A stretch of 64,000 bases of DNA from Macrostomum lignano (lineage: Eukaryota): NCBI GenBank assembly GCA_002269645.1, contig NIVC01001488.1:48026-112025 (forward strand), written 5' to 3'. The notes under the pieces are model-generated. The model worked only from the letters and a program-made list of their open reading frames with translations. It did no database searches and was not told the origin of the DNA. Of this stretch, positions 63,724 to 64,000 are shown in pieces (positions within the stretch are counted from its first letter, which is position 1; each line of letters begins with the position of its first letter). The translations under genes were made by a program, and so were the position numbers.

Positions 63724-64000
63724 AGCATGTTGACAGAGCAGCGGCACAGCTGGCATCATCGGTGGCGCCTCCACTGGCGAGCAACAAGTTGATATTAGAA
63801 GAAAAAGATAAAAAAGTTTTTATTGGAATTGTTGACTCGAGAGAGGCTGCGGCTCTCGGCCCCGAACCCTAATTGGCGAGAACAGTGAAATTCGATAGGC
63901 AAAGCTGTGCTCGAAGCTTCTATGGAATTTCTGCTTGCCTGTCTGGCACGGTGGGAACCGCATACAAAACTCTGAAGAGCTTTGAGTCTTTTGGTGTCTG

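Overview
This is eukaryotic (metazoan) genomic DNA, with GC-rich exons, minisatellite-filled introns and TTAGGG-type tracts. The style suggests a free-living flatworm such as Macrostomum, but that is inference only. Five protein-coding loci can be reconstructed by hand with consistent splice phases. (1) The 5' part of a Cys-loop ligand-gated ion channel (minus, 81-1202). (2) A 7-exon DEG/ENaC channel (plus, 6615-28918) whose ectodomain carries two extra phase-1/phase-1 exons encoding a kringle-like module and a WSC domain; it has two in-frame TAA codons and one non-GT donor. (3) A divergent actin with a CArG/TATA promoter (plus, 29664-31302). (4) An apolipoprotein-L-like gene with a large internal insert (minus, 31721-36079). 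(5) A ~2030-aa rootletin/CROCC gene (minus, 39603-62319) with several candidate alternative exons and RFX X-boxes. Intron 1 of the DEG/ENaC gene was inflated from ~75 bp to 17.4 kb by a nested set of non-autonomous Helitrons: four head-to-tail units of two families sit inside a fifth copy. Each unit carries a tRNA-like Pol III cassette and its own satellite array. SINEs, LINE remnants, a MITE and many intron-private minisatellites fill the rest. Almost all long ORFs in the supplied track that lie over repeats are artefacts.
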